Origin: Amoebophrya sp. A120
Taxonomy: Eukaryota; Protista; Dinoflagellata
Assembly: GCA_905178155.1 (NCBI GenBank)
Contig: CAJINV010000008.1
Span: 682,001 to 746,000, forward strand
Length of the DNA: 64,000 nucleotides
Direction: 5' to 3'
Part shown: positions 42,761-52,605 of the stretch, one piece after another
Position numbering within the stretch: the stretch's first letter is position 1
Layout of the letters: the number at the start of each line of letters is the position of its first letter
The notes under the pieces: model-generated
Database searches by the model: none
Told to the model about the DNA's origin: nothing
Seen by the model: only the letters and a program-made list of their open reading frames with translations
Translations under genes and position numbers: made by a program

Positions 42761-43409
42761 GCAAAAGTAGTGCGGCCGAACCTGCCGGTGTCATGGACCA
42801 CGATAATGTCACTGAAAACAGATATTTCTCCGTGGCTCAGCCCGAGCCGTTTGCTCGCGGAGCAGCAAAATCGGCGACAGCCCTGGATGTATCTGCACGA
42901 GTTGCAGAGGTGGCGGATCACCTCCTTTCAACTCCAGCCGCGGCCGAAGGCACGCACGTGGTACAGCCGGTTGCGGCACTTCCTGAAGCCATGCTGGAAG
43001 CCGGTTACAGATTGGGCCAAGAAGCAGGGCGGCATCTTGCGAACAAACTCGCAGGGGTCGCTTTCCGATCTCCGCCGGTTACAGCTCCGGCCGCTAGTGG
43101 ACAAGCTCGCGAGGAAGTTCCCCGGGAAAAGTGCCCTGGTAACGGCTAAGGAGGCACTCACAAAATCACCAACCACGCGAAAACACGACAGTAAGCGAAC
43201 CAGTACGGCGAGGAACTTTCACCGCTGGTGATCGCACACAGGAACGCTCGCACGGACCGCCGCGGACATTTTTTCTGCATTCGAAAATTGTTATCAGATT
43301 AGAAATATTACTAATCCAGATTAACTGCGGCGTTAAGTGCTCCTTCCAGTGTGTCTTCTACTGCGGATTTTTTGTCTGTAGTTTCATAAACGACGAATCT
43401 TTTGGGGAT

Positions 43410-44492
43410 GTGGTTCCGACGGCAAGCGAGAGCAGCTTGCCGAAGGCTTCCACGGTTGGACATTCGCGTGCTGCGCGGACCTCGCCGAAGCTTCGAAAGT
43501 CAGCTGCGCGGCGAAAAATCCAGCAGAAAAAGGAAGGCGCCTTGCGGCCAAGGCAGCGTCTCGTACAACGAAAGCATGGGATAGAGCGACACCGCTTTGC
43601 GAGGCTATATGATATCTTGGATAGCAGCACGCCGGTAGCGAAAAGCGGTAACAAGAGCAGCGATATTGTGTCGCGGAGCCGAACTGCTCAAGAGGCGTTG
43701 CGCCTGCAGCCTCTACCCGTAACGACGCTTGTCACCATCGCGGTTCTCCACACGCGGCTCCTATTTGCTTTGGTCGTACTCTCCGCGGGTGCTGCCCATT
43801 TTTCTTCCCGGAAGCGAAGCGGCTTCACGGTCGAAGATGTGGCTGAGAGTGTCTCGTCCCTACGTTCGAGCCTCGCGGCCTCCGCCGTCGTTTACACGTT
43901 GGGGGTTTTCACGGCCCAGCGACTCGCTGCGATCTATCTTCCGGATCCCGAGAGCCCGCGCGCACATCACACATGGAAGAAACAAGCCGGAGCGGCAACA
44001 AGTAGCCCCGCCGCACGAGGGCGGAGCCACTCTGCTGCAGCGCACCCGCCAGTTTGCGCACGGTTTGTGTCTTCGGTTTGGCGTGCGGCGAAGCATTTTC
44101 TGCTCGGCCTGTACGGTCCGATCACCGGTGTGTTTTTGCGGCCCAAGGAGGAGCCTGCTCCACTGCCCCCCCGCGCCTCTTCGCAAGTCATAACCCGATT
44201 TCGGAACGTGGCCCCTTTGGCCCTGGGCTACGTCTGCCTGGACGTCCCGCTCTTGCTGCTCGTTCTCGTGCTCTTCGTGCTTAGCTCGGCAGCGGTCGCG
44301 GCTATTGGGCTTTTCTGTTCTGGTGCAGCAGTGTTGGGGATTCGGCGACACCTGTTCCTGCATGCGCTCCCGGAACTGTATCACGGCACTTTCTACGCGG
44401 TCCGCCTCGTGTACCAAGAGCAAAAATCGATCGCCGCCGCCCGTTGGAACCATATCAACCGCTCCAGAATTGCCGCCACCAAGTTGGGGTAA
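43410..44492 (+). CDS. Hypothetical multi-TM protein
   Basis: 360-aa ORF with several hydrophobic helices; start uncertain. Confidence 0.45.
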   Translation: MVPTASESSLPKASTVGHSRAARTSPKLRKSAARRKIQQKKEGALRPRQRLVQRKHGIERHRFARLYDILDSSTPVAKSGNKSSDIVSRSRTAQEALRLQPLPVTTLVTIAVLHTRLLFALVVLSAGAAHFSSRKRSGFTVEDVAESVSSLRSSLAASAVVYTLGVFTAQRLAAIYLPDPESPRAHHTWKKQAGAATSSPAARGRSHSAAAHPPVCARFVSSVWRAAKHFLLGLYGPITGVFLRPKEEPAPLPPRASSQVITRFRNVAPLALGYVCLDVPLLLLVLVLFVLSSAAVAAIGLFCSGAAVLGIRRHLFLHALPELYHGTFYAVRLVYQEQKSIAAARWNHINRSRIAATKLG

Positions 44493-45103
44493 GGAATAAG
44501 AAGGTTGTTCGCGGACCACAGGACTTTGCAAGTTAATGCTTGGTAAAGCTCCAGCCAAAGCCAAAGGTCGTCCTCCTCGTGCGAATTCTCTTTAAAGCGT
44601 TTTCAGAATCTCTAAAGAAAGAGAAACGATTTCATGTAAGTAGTTTCTAGCATGCATAAGCAGCTACCCGGCCTACTCGGAGAAGTTTATTGAGACTTTT
44701 TTTGCAAAGTAGTCCGCTTGTTTCCACGACCCGGGACACTAATTTGTGCGAGCAAAATCGATTATCGGCTGCAGGAACACTCCTCAGGCGCAGTCGTGTT
44801 CGCTGTGGCACCGGTTCTATTTTTCTGTGCAGAAAGTAGATCCGCAGGCAGTTTACCGCCGATTGTGCTTTTGTTTTCGAAAGCAAAATTAATGATCTCT
44901 TTCGCCGGCCACACCCACGCCGACGCCCCCGGGCACGACAGCTCCTTGTTTGACGCGATCTCATTTATTGTTCTTATTGTTTTCTATTGGTTGTTGAAGC
45001 ATCTTGACTAATTTTGCGCGTAAGTGCTGCGATACGCTTTCGTCGACATGGCGGTGGTAAAAACAAATCGCTTCTGTGCAACTTCTAGGAAGTGTTTGCA
45101 AAA

Positions 45104-48100
45104 ATGAAGGAGTACATAAGCAGCTATCGCGGGTTGATCTTTTTTTTCGTCGGCGCAGTCCATGTCTTCTTTGCTACGGGCGTCCAAAGCGCGGAGCAGG
45201 CAGGTGCGGAAACTGAGCAGAAGGGTCGACCGCCCGGCGCGACAAATAGGAACGATGGGTCCATCGAACAGGAGCGGTCGACGACCCCAGCGGCCCTGGC
45301 CGGGCTCCCGCAATCTGCGAGTTCCCTAGCGGAAAAGCAAGGCGTGGACAGCTACATGGAAGGACCGCGCAAGTATGTGTCGAAAGTTTTTTCCGAGGGA
45401 AGCAACACACAAGTGCGGGTGTTCGTGAACAAGGTCTGGCCGTTATCCTATGTAAAAACGTACCCACCCCAGAGTTGTAATGCAGATCTGCAAGCACCAG
45501 AGCGCTTGTCATGCGCATCCCCATGAGAAGAATTTCCAATCGTGTTTTGGAACTTGTAATGCTATAAACAGGATAAGGAGATGGATTTGTGATGCGGCTT
45601 CCCTTGCTAAACTGCACTAAACTACAGCCTGCAATTTGTCATGCGTGGTTCCCAAAACTTCAAGGTTTGTGTTGCAAAATCCCCATCTTGACTCTGGGGT
45701 GGGGACGTTTTTACTCAGAATAGCCGTCCGGAAGCCCGTCCGAAACGTACAAGTACTACGACGTTCCGCTCGCCTGCGCCCCAGACTTGGTGTATCAAAT
45801 GTAAAAATGTCTGGGTCTGGAAACTTGTGATGCTGGGTGGCGTCTCGTGACGAGGCCACAAGTGCTGGCTCAGCATGACAAGTTTCTGAGCTTCTAGGTG
45901 TTGCCTATTCTGCATGACAAACTGCGTTTCTGCATCACAGAAAAGTGGATCTCTTGGGTAACGTGCATGACAGATTTAAGAGTCATGCCAGACAAGCATG
46001 ACAAACATGCATTCTTCCAGACCCAGACATTTTTACATTTGATATGGTGTACCCCCAGCTGATGTCACTGGGACAGATAGTGAAGGGTAAGCTTAATATC
46101 TCACACCGTATGAAATTGAAGCTAAATGCATAGAATATATAAACAGATTTGATTTCTTCTGGCCACCGCGAGAGGTGAAGATATTCACTCCGCTATAATG
46201 AAGGCGCATTGATAGTTTCCACCTAACAGAATTTTTTTTTCCAATTTGAAAATTGATTGCAGTTCATTTTTGAGAACGCCAGGAGTTCTCTTCCAATTCC
46301 CCACTGGATATTTATTGTCTATCCTCTACAGGCGACCGGCTGGTCTCCAGTGCCTTTGACTTCGCCAGGCTGCCTGCGCACCTGCACGAGACGGAGTATC
46401 AAATGCAAAAATGTCTGGGTCTGGAAGATTCTGACACTTGTCATGCATGTTTTGCATGAGCCCTGATGTCTGTGATGCATACCCTAGCATCACAGATTTT
46501 TTGAGACCTTCTTGATGCCTATTCCGCATGACAAATGCCCTCTCCGCGTAGCAAAAATTACATTCCCTTTGGTACTCATGCAATACAGATTTTTTTGGAA
46601 TCCAAATGCAGCATCACGAGTTGCATTCTTCCAGACCCAGACACTTTTACATTTGATACGGAGGCAGTGGACGCGACGCAGGAGTATATTCACCAAGAAC
46701 CGGGTATGGATGTGTCAGGATCGAAATCGACAAAATCGAAAAACTTGTGATGCGTCAAATGTAGGGCACTGAAAGCCTGCACTGGGGAGCAGGCAAATGA
46801 GGCCGATTGTAAGCCTGTTTAGGGGTATACAATGCGCTGCCAGAGTAGCATGACAGGAGCAGTCTTCTTTGCCCAAACAGCATGACAGACTGGATTTGGG
46901 CGCTCCCGGAATTTGGTATGCGCCGCTTGCAAACTGAGCCTCCAACTGGTATCGATTTTATGCATCACAAGTTTTTCGATTTTGTCAACTTCGATTCTGA
47001 CACATCCATACCGGAGCGGAAGATTTGCACACGGTACTTCACGCCCGACCAGGTGACCGAGCTGAAGCAGATGGTGGACCTATCCTATGTAAAAACATAC
47101 CCACCCCAGAGTTGTCATGCAGATTTGCAATGACACGAACATTTGTGATGCGCATCCCTATGATGGGCATTTCCAGTCGTGTTTTGGAATTTGTAATGCT
47201 GTAAACAGGATACGAATCTCGATTTGTAATGCGGCTGCCCTTGCTAACCTGCACTACACTACGGGCTGCAACTTGTCATGCGTGGCGTCCAAAGCTCCTG
47301 GATCTGTGTTGCAGAAATCCCAACTTAACTATGGGGTGGGTACGTTTTTACTCAGGATAGGACCGTTTTTTTGTGGCCGAGGTGCAGGTGGACGAGTTTC
47401 CCGTGACGAGTTTCGTCGGTCTGAAACTGGACAAGGAAACCGTATGAAATGCAAAAATGTCTGGGTCTGGAAGAGTGTAAACTTGTCATGCAGGTTTTCC
47501 ATGACCCTTGAGGTCTGGAATGCAGGACCTAGCATGACGGAGTCTGTGAGGTCTCTTTCATGCCTATCCTGCGTGAGAAACTCCCTCCCAACTTGGTCGA
47601 AAGTGGACAGCTTTTGGCACTCATGCAACACAGATTTTTGCATGATTCGGATTTAGCATGACAAGTTGCAATCTTCCAGACCCAGACTTTTTTGCATTTG
47701 ATAAACCGTGAAGATCTACCAGGACATGGAGAAGCAGCAGGCGAAGGAGGCGGAAGCGGGCGGGTCCGCGCGCTACACCGCGGACCGCATGTGGGGCGAG
47801 TATCACGCCGACCTGTTTGCTGCAAATACAGGAGCAGACCCATCAACGGGGAACAAGCGTGTTGAGGACGGCATCGGCGTTGCCACGAGCAAGGAAGAGG
47901 GGGATAAGGATGGTAGCCACTTCCGTTACTTCCTGATCACGCGGTTCGAGTTATCAAGATGAAAAGTGCAGCTCCACCACCAGAAAAGCCGAACACTTTG
48001 TATGGGAAACTTGCTTCTACACGGAAACTTTTTGTATTGCATGAAGACAAGGCGACACCGGGATCGCATTGCGTTTCAGAACCTAAGCCATTAATATGCA

Positions 48101-50263
48101 ACTGCAATCAGAGAGAGCATGCATACTGTGGCGCTGTGCGACACGAAACTTTCGCTCCGCTGGCTTGAATATCTGCCATCTGCTGAGGCATGCAAGAACG
48201 TGGCAGATGTTTCCATTGGGATCTTGAAACAATGTGCCAAGCATTCCCGTACTCTGGGGTCCTCGTGGGGCGGGACGCTTTTCAACAGGATAAGGATTCA
48301 TCATCACCCACACCGGAGGCGACGTGCGGCAGGTCAAGCTGTCGCAGCCGCAGTTGTCCGACATGACGGACATTACCGAGATGCCGAAGGACGGCAGCTA
48401 CCTGAAGGCGGATTTCTCGGTGACGGTGTCCTGGTACCCGCACATCGCGAACTACCCGGAGACCCGGGAACAGGCGATCGATACGCAGATCGAAGAGAAC
48501 GACTATCACTTGTGGCACGACCTGGACCCGGACGTGGACAACGAGGCCAAACAGGCCAAGAACTGGGACTGGCTCCACCTACCCGACGCCCCGCGCTTCC
48601 AGATGAAGGTCCACTGGCTCGGCATCTTCAACGGGCTGGCGGTCATGCTGTCGATCTTCACCTTTGTCGTGTACTACTTGATCAACCACGTGAAGGAGGA
48701 CCTGCGGGAATTCGGCCTTCCCGTCGCCACCACGAGCAAGTACGCACCGGTGGAGGCACCACAGACCAGCGGTATATCAAAATAGATAAAGAGAGCACTA
48801 CTTATTCGGTGGTTTTTGCGTGTGTCTCGTATTCTTGTTTTCTGCCAGTACGTAGTTCGTCCTGATGTTTGCATCCGAGTTCGTTGGATGATAGATGTTA
48901 TTTTGCGATTATTTTGCTGGAAGTTTTTAAAATGTCACGAACAAGAATACAGAATGTTGAGAACAAGCTGTCCTTGTTACAGGTTGGAAGCTAGTCCACG
49001 CGGACGTGTTTCGTGCCCCGCCTGCGAGACTCTGGTTTTGCGCGAGCATCGGCGCAGGCACGCAATTAGCGATAATGGCGGGATTCACGATCCTTTGCGG
49101 CTGCGTCGAGCACTTCCACCAGCGCGGGTCCGTCGTGCAAACGATGGCGTATGCGTACCTGGTGTCGTCCATCTGCGGGGGCTACGTGTCGGGGAACTGG
49201 TATCAGAAGTTGGGCGGGCAAACTTGGACGCTGAACATGTTCGTCACCTGCCTCACCTTCGCGTTGCCCTGCTTCCTGGTGTGGGCAGTGTGCAACACAA
49301 TCGCGATTGCGTACCAGTCCACCGCCGCGTTTCCGTTCGGCTACATCTTGCTGCTCTTTTTTCTCTACTTTTTCGTGACCGTTCCCTTAACGCTGATCGG
49401 GTGCGCGCTGGGAAAGCAGATCGCGCTCCGCGACCTCAGGCGGAACGAGCAGGCCGCGGGTAGCTACTTTCCGTGCCGCACGAACAAGCTGGAGCGGCAG
49501 ATTCCGGGCGCCGAGGCGGGCACGCTCCTGTCCGGGGGACTCATGCTCAACGTGACACAGTGTTTCACAACCAGCTTCCTGCCCTTTGTCAGCATCTACG
49601 TCGAATTGCACTACATCTTTGACAGCATGTGGGGGCCGGCGAGGTACACGGTTTACGGGATTCTGCTGGTCAGTGTGCTCTTAACGGTGATCAACAGTTG
49701 CCTCCTCAGTTTGTTTTTTCTGTACCTGCAACTCAAGCGGGAGGACTGGCGGTGGTGGTATTACAGTGAAAAACGCCCCACTCCCAAAGTTGCAAAAATT
49801 TGTGATGCGAAGTTTCCAACTGAAAAACTTTGCCATGCATGAGAGGAGTATGAATCTTTCTGATGCAGAGCCTAGGCGTGTATCGCATCGCTTGCATGAC
49901 AATACAGATTTTTGCTATTCACGATTGGAAACCTGTGATGCTGATAGATGCAAGAGGGCAAATGTTTCATTTAGAAAGGTTTGCAACACAAATGCTCCCA
50001 AGTTCGGGGGTGGGGGCATTTTTCATTGCAATAGGTGGTGGCAAAGCTTTCTGTCCGGAGCGAGCTTCGTTTTCTGCTTCCTCCTTTACTGTTTTTACTT
50101 CTTTTTCCGGCTGGGGCACATGGATAGCTTCCTGCAAAGCAGCTTTTTCTTTCTCTACTCCTTCCTTGTCGCGTACGGGCTCTTTCTCATGATGGGCGCC
50201 CTGACATTTTTAGCGAGCGCAACATTCATGCGGTACCTATATTCGCATGTGAAAGGTGATTGA
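45104..50263 (+). CDS. Transmembrane 9 superfamily (EMP70/TM9SF) protein; 8 introners and 2 GT-AG introns
   Basis: Reconstructed VNKVWPSGSPSETYKYYDVPLACAP, SLGQIVKGDRL, VHWLGIFN, GWKLVHADVFRAP, FLPFVSIYVELHYIF, EDWRWWWQSFL, C-terminal VKGD (KxD signal). Confidence 0.93.
45444..45722. mobile_element. Introner/MITE, family B
   Basis: TATCCTATGTAAAAACGTACCCACCCC ... GGGGTGGGGACGTTTTTACTCAGAATA; TSD GCCGT. Confidence 0.9.
45793..46044. mobile_element. Introner/MITE, family A (close copy of 3014-3265)
   Basis: 30-bp TIR; TSD TGGTG; same 252-bp length. Confidence 0.93.
46397..46658. mobile_element. Introner/MITE, family A
   Basis: TATCAAATGCAAAAATGTCTGGGTCTGGAAGA ... TCTTCCAGACCCAGACACTTTTACATTTGATA; TSD CGGAG. 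Confidence 0.92.
46705..47010. mobile_element. Introner/MITE, family F
   Basis: TATGGATGTGTCAGGATCGAAATCGACAAAATCGAAAAACTTGTGATGC / GCATCACAAGTTTTTCGATTTTGTCAACTTCGATTCTGACACATCCATA; TSD CCGGG/CCGGA. Confidence 0.9.
47081..47359. mobile_element. Introner/MITE, family B
   Basis: TATCCTATGTAAAAACATACCCACCCC ... GGGGTGGGTACGTTTTTACTCAGGATA; TSD GGACC. Confidence 0.92.
47443..47703. mobile_element. Introner/MITE, family A
   Basis: TATGAAATGCAAAAATGTCTGGGTCTGGAAGA ... TCTTCCAGACCCAGACTTTTTTGCATTTGATA; TSD AACCG. Confidence 0.92.
47952..48292. mobile_element. Old, decayed introner (B-like)
   Basis: TATCAAGATGAAAAGTG ... CGCTTTTCAACAGGATA; flanks CGAGT/AGGAT no longer match, but removing the element plus 5 nt restores the frame. 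Confidence 0.7.
49759..50033. mobile_element. Introner/MITE, family E
   Basis: TATTACAGTGAAAAACGCCCCACTCCC ... GGGGGTGGGGGCATTTTTCATTGCAATA; TSD GGTGG; removal gives DWRWWWQSF. Confidence 0.92.
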
Positions 50264-50622
50264 AGAACAAGGGACCTCCACTGGTTTGTGCTTAGAAGAA
50301 TCTATTTTACGCGCGTGCACATGATGCAAAAGCAAATTTTCAACATCTTGAAGATCAAACAGAATAATGCAAATAAGACATGACAACGCAAGCGATGCCT
50401 CTCGGACGGGAGAAAAAAAGTTCAATATATGAAGTTTCCTTTCGCCTTCGAGTTTTGTCGTCATCAATTCTCTTTTTTGACCTCGTCGTCCGCAAGTCAC
50501 ACTCTAAAATGATGTCATGTCAAATCACTGTGTAGCTGCACAAAAACCCGATATTTTCCTGAACCAGTTTGGATGTACTTTTTTTGTGAAACGATGAATG
50601 TTGTGTTTGTGAACCTCTGTAA

Positions 50623-51987
50623 ATGACGAATATCCCAAGAAGAAAAATGTTACCGGCTTTTTTCCTCTACATGTGCTGGGCAGCGGCCGGATTAGTGCCG
50701 TCTACCTCGTGCCACCGGACCGCGCGCGTAGTGCCTCCGGTCTATTTTCAACAACTGCGCATTGAACCTGCGCCGCCGGCTCGCACCAGGCCGTCCGTAA
50801 CGGCGCCGCCCGTTTCAGCCGTGAGTACGGTCCCGCCGGGAGGTCCTCTCTACGCCGGAAGCTTCTCTCGTGGAAGAGGGGCGTCCGACACTGCTTTTGC
50901 ACTGTACCGCGCTGCCGATGACACGGCAAGACACACGAACGAAAGGAGGAACTCGTCGCGACTTCTCCTACCGACGCCAGCAGCAGGAGCTGTTGCCAGT
51001 ATGTGCTTGAGCAGATGGGCGACGCGGGGCAAGGCGAGAAATAATAAGGTAGCACCACCGACGAGAGAGACGAGAGCTCTTGGCAGCGTAGTCGCAGAAG
51101 ATGAAGAAGAAGGCTACTACTGCAGAGCAGATGGTTGCGGAAGTCCACCCTTGCGGACACAAATTTCGGTCGAAGAGATACCGAATGAGACGGTGCCGGC
51201 ACTCTGGACTGGGGGTGGCTGCGATGGCGGTGGTGGGGGCGGAAGCACCGACATTGCGGACGCTTTTGACAGTGGCTCGCCAAAGCCAGCCAGAATCGAC
51301 GAATTTCTGGATCTCTTCGCGAAAGTGCGGGCCAAATGTGCAGGAAAAAGCTTGAAGCAGAAAATCAAAAAGGTCATTTCCAATGGAAGCTTAGCAAAGC
51401 TAAACGCGGATGGAGACACAGCTGGCCAAAAACCAAATGTAAGTGACGACTCAACAAACAACTCCGAAACGACGGCAAAATGTGATGTTCCTGGTCGAAG
51501 AGCGAATATCAGCAGCTTTGCTGATCCAACCAACCTGTTTCCCGGGGTACAATCTTCATGTCCAGCGAGCTTCACGTCTGACTTTCCTTTGACAAAAAGC
51601 GCCTGCGCGAAAGCCGTGGCGGCTGCGTTACTGGTGGCCGCACGCCAGTCCTCGGTAATGTGGAATTTGTTCGACACTGCCCAGGAACTTGAGACCGCAA
51701 TTGAAGATGTGATTTTGGGTGCGGTATCGGTGACCCCACTTCCGAATGCCGAAGAGAACAGCGAGTTTTGTTTCCGGGCAATGGAAGATCTACTGGAATA
51801 CCGGGATCGGCTTTTGGCATCCAACTCGTGTCACCTGCCGGGAGACGGCGGCCCGCTTGCGGCAGCTAAATCAGTAGTGGCAACGACCAGTGAATCGGTT
51901 TTTCCGCCTGCTGCAAAAGCGTTCCTGTTCGAAAATGGAGGAATGGTCCCGGCTGGTTCAGCAGACTACAAGCGCTTCCTCTTCTAA
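50623..51987 (+). CDS. Hypothetical protein with N-terminal signal-like helix
   Basis: 454-aa ATG ORF; no family recognised. Confidence 0.5.
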   Translation: MTNIPRRKMLPAFFLYMCWAAAGLVPSTSCHRTARVVPPVYFQQLRIEPAPPARTRPSVTAPPVSAVSTVPPGGPLYAGSFSRGRGASDTAFALYRAADDTARHTNERRNSSRLLLPTPAAGAVASMCLSRWATRGKARNNKVAPPTRETRALGSVVAEDEEEGYYCRADGCGSPPLRTQISVEEIPNETVPALWTGGGCDGGGGGGSTDIADAFDSGSPKPARIDEFLDLFAKVRAKCAGKSLKQKIKKVISNGSLAKLNADGDTAGQKPNVSDDSTNNSETTAKCDVPGRRANISSFADPTNLFPGVQSSCPASFTSDFPLTKSACAKAVAAALLVAARQSSVMWNLFDTAQELETAIEDVILGAVSVTPLPNAEENSEFCFRAMEDLLEYRDRLLASNSCHLPGDGGPLAAAKSVVATTSESVFPPAAKAFLFENGGMVPAGSADYKRFLF

Positions 51988-52605
51988 GCGTCGAAACATG
52001 CACATGTTGGTAAGTTGTGCACGCAAAAATGAACCGCGCGTCTCTCGTCGTAGACATGATATCTACTAACCGCGACGATTGGAAGAACATTTGTATGAAT
52101 TCGCTATGACGATGTCCCTGCGCAAAAAGATAAAAAGGACTACGGATTGCAAAACTCTCTATGATGTTTGCTCGCTTTTGGATTGTGTGTGTCACCAACT
52201 GCCGCGAGGCCACTGTCGCTTGTGGTCGAACAGTGGGAAGATTCAGACAGAGGTGGCTTCGCAATTTTCGATTCAGGTCACGCTTTCTTGCTATTAGTCT
52301 TCCGATGTTCCGTGGTAGTTGATGCATGAGCTTGATCTGTTTCGATTGAGTGATACGAATCGCCATCGTGGTCGCACTCTTCGCTCTCGGGGGAATCCAA
52401 ATATCGTGCTTCGTCCACCAATCGTCTATTCGTTTCAAAGTCCGTATTTTCTGTTGCAATCATATGAATTTTGTGAAACTTATTTTCGAGTGCAGTGTAG
52501 ATTGATAGAGGTGTTTTTCAACATTCTACAGAAAGTCACACCATCCTAGCTAAGAAAGCTATTCCCAATCGATTACTCTCGCGGAACGTGGACTCCAAAA
52601 AAAAG

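Noticed and set aside
45617-47656. Recurrent peptides FQTQTFLHLI and KCKNVWVWK in short ORFs
   Set aside because: Translations of family A TIRs, not proteins.
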